This document shows, one piece after another, positions 62,665-64,000 of a stretch of 64,000 nucleotides of DNA. Each line of letters starts with the position of its first letter. Within the stretch, counting starts at the first letter, position 1. The stretch covers positions 237,186-301,185 of the forward strand of contig DASUKB010000001.1 in assembly GCA_036278915.1 (NCBI GenBank). The letters are read 5' to 3'. This DNA is from Patescibacteria group bacterium (lineage in GTDB: Bacteria; Patescibacteriota; Doudnabacteria; UBA920; O2-02-FULL-48-8). The position numbers and the translations under genes are program-made. The notes beneath the pieces were generated by a model that worked only from the letters and a program-made list of their open reading frames with translations, was not told the origin of the DNA and ran no database searches.

Positions 62665-63760
62665 ATGAACGAACTGATTAAAAAAATTTCTGACCTCAAA
62701 GATCGCATGAAGGATCTTAAGGAGCATCTTTGACCTGGAGCAGAAAAAGCAAAAAATCCTTGAGCTTGAAGATCAAATTTCAGCCTCTGATTTTTGGGCA
62801 GACAACCTAAAAGCCCAGAAGATCACCAAAGAGCATAACGCGCTGCAAAATCAGGTCTCAGCTTGGGCTGGTTTGGAGCAAAATTTGGCCGATTTGGAAG
62901 GTCTGGCAGCCCTGGCAGTCAATGAGACAGACCCACGCCTGACGGCTGATTTGGAGGCCAAATTTGGCGATTTGGAGGCTAAATTTGGACAAATAAGCAT
63001 ATTTACGTTCCTTTCGGGCAAATACGACAGCCATTCGGCTATAATGTCCATCCACGCCGGAGCCGGAGGAGTAGATGCCCAGGACTTTGCCGAGATGCTT
63101 TTGCGCATGTATTTGCGCTTTGCTGAATCCAAAAAGTTTAAAGCCAGCATTATAGACGAAAGCCGAGGCGGGGAGGCTGGTATCAAAAGCGTCGTGTTTG
63201 AAATTGAAGGCCAGTACGCTTACGGTTATCTCAAATCTGAAGCAGGCGTCCATCGGCTCGTGCGCCAATCGCCATTTAATTCCACGCAGTCGCGCGAAAC
63301 GTCATTTGCGCTTGTGGAAGTTTTGCCGATAGTTGAGCAGGAAGAATTCAAATTGGACATGAAAGACGTGGAGCTGGAAGCCAAAACCTCCCGAGGCCAC
63401 GGCGGACAATCGGTGAACACTACTTACTCGGCCATCCGCGCCACACACGTGCCGACCAGCATCACTGTGACTATCCAAAATGAGCGGTCACAAGCCCAAA
63501 ATAAAGAGCAAGCTATAAAAATTTTGACCTCAAAAATTGCGGCGCTGGAAGAACAGCGACGAGTGGAAGAACGACTCAAGCTTCGCGGAGAATTAAAAAG
63601 CGCGGAGTGGGGAAATCAAATCCGATCCTATGTCCTGCACCCATACAAGATGGTAAAGGACCACCGCACAAACTTTGAGACCTCCGATGCAGAAAGCGTA
63701 CTGAACGGACATTTAGACGAATTTATAGAAAAATACCTAGAAAATTTCCGCGAGAAATAG
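62665..63760 (+). CDS. prfB: Release factor 2 with programmed +1 frameshift at 62728-62734
   Basis: 22-codon first frame ending AAGGAG-CAT-CTT-TGA-C; +1 frame continues into SPF and GGQ motifs. Confidence 0.95.
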
Positions 63761-63797
63761 AATCGTGTTATAATAGTTTGAGGCGGAAGGAAAGCTT

Positions 63798-64000
63798 TTG
63801 ATCAAATTCGATTCTGTAACAAAAAAATATAATAAAGACCATCAGGCTCTCAAAGATATAAACCTTGATATACACAAGGGAGAGTTTTTGTCGTTGGTCG
63901 GCCAATCCGGCGCTGGCAAGTCCACGCTTATGAAACTCATAATTGGCGAGGAGAAGCCCGATGCCGGGAGAATCTTAATTGATGACATCGACGTGGCTCG
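63798..64000 (+). CDS. ftsE: FtsE-like ABC ATPase (partial)
   Basis: TTG start, IKFDSVTKKY...GQSGAGKSTLMK; usual position after prfB. Confidence 0.75.
   Translation, partial: MIKFDSVTKKYNKDHQALKDINLDIHKGEFLSLVGQSGAGKSTLMKLIIGEEKPDAGRILIDDIDVA

Noticed and set aside
62665-62734. prfB as a pseudogene or novel recoding event
   Set aside because: It is the well-known RF2 +1 frameshift (SD-like sequence plus CTT TGA C)

Overview
Mostly core chromosome of a bacterium that uses genetic code 11 and looks like Patescibacteria (CPR); the taxonomy is inferred from gene content and style, not proven. It holds ABC exporters, a cell-wall cluster (D,D-carboxypeptidase, mraY, D-aminoacylase-like gene, murD, ftsW, murJ), lepA, a full F1Fo ATP synthase operon, six tRNAs, a CCA-adding enzyme, a UvrD-nuclease fusion, a single-chain PheRS, gyrB, secE-nusG-rplK-rplA, a dcd-thyA-folA cluster and a frameshifted prfB. 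No CRISPR array, integrase or transposase was seen. The best candidate for something new is a ~490-nt, heavily base-paired non-coding region at ~41857-42344 with its own promoter and terminator, which matches no RNA class I can recognise. Other points: a divergent MreB with an orphan membrane partner, a motif exactly 16 nt upstream of three start codons, several dispersed palindromic repeats (one inside murD), a 21-aa Lys/Arg-rich micro-ORF, and a tRNA-Thr integration scar.
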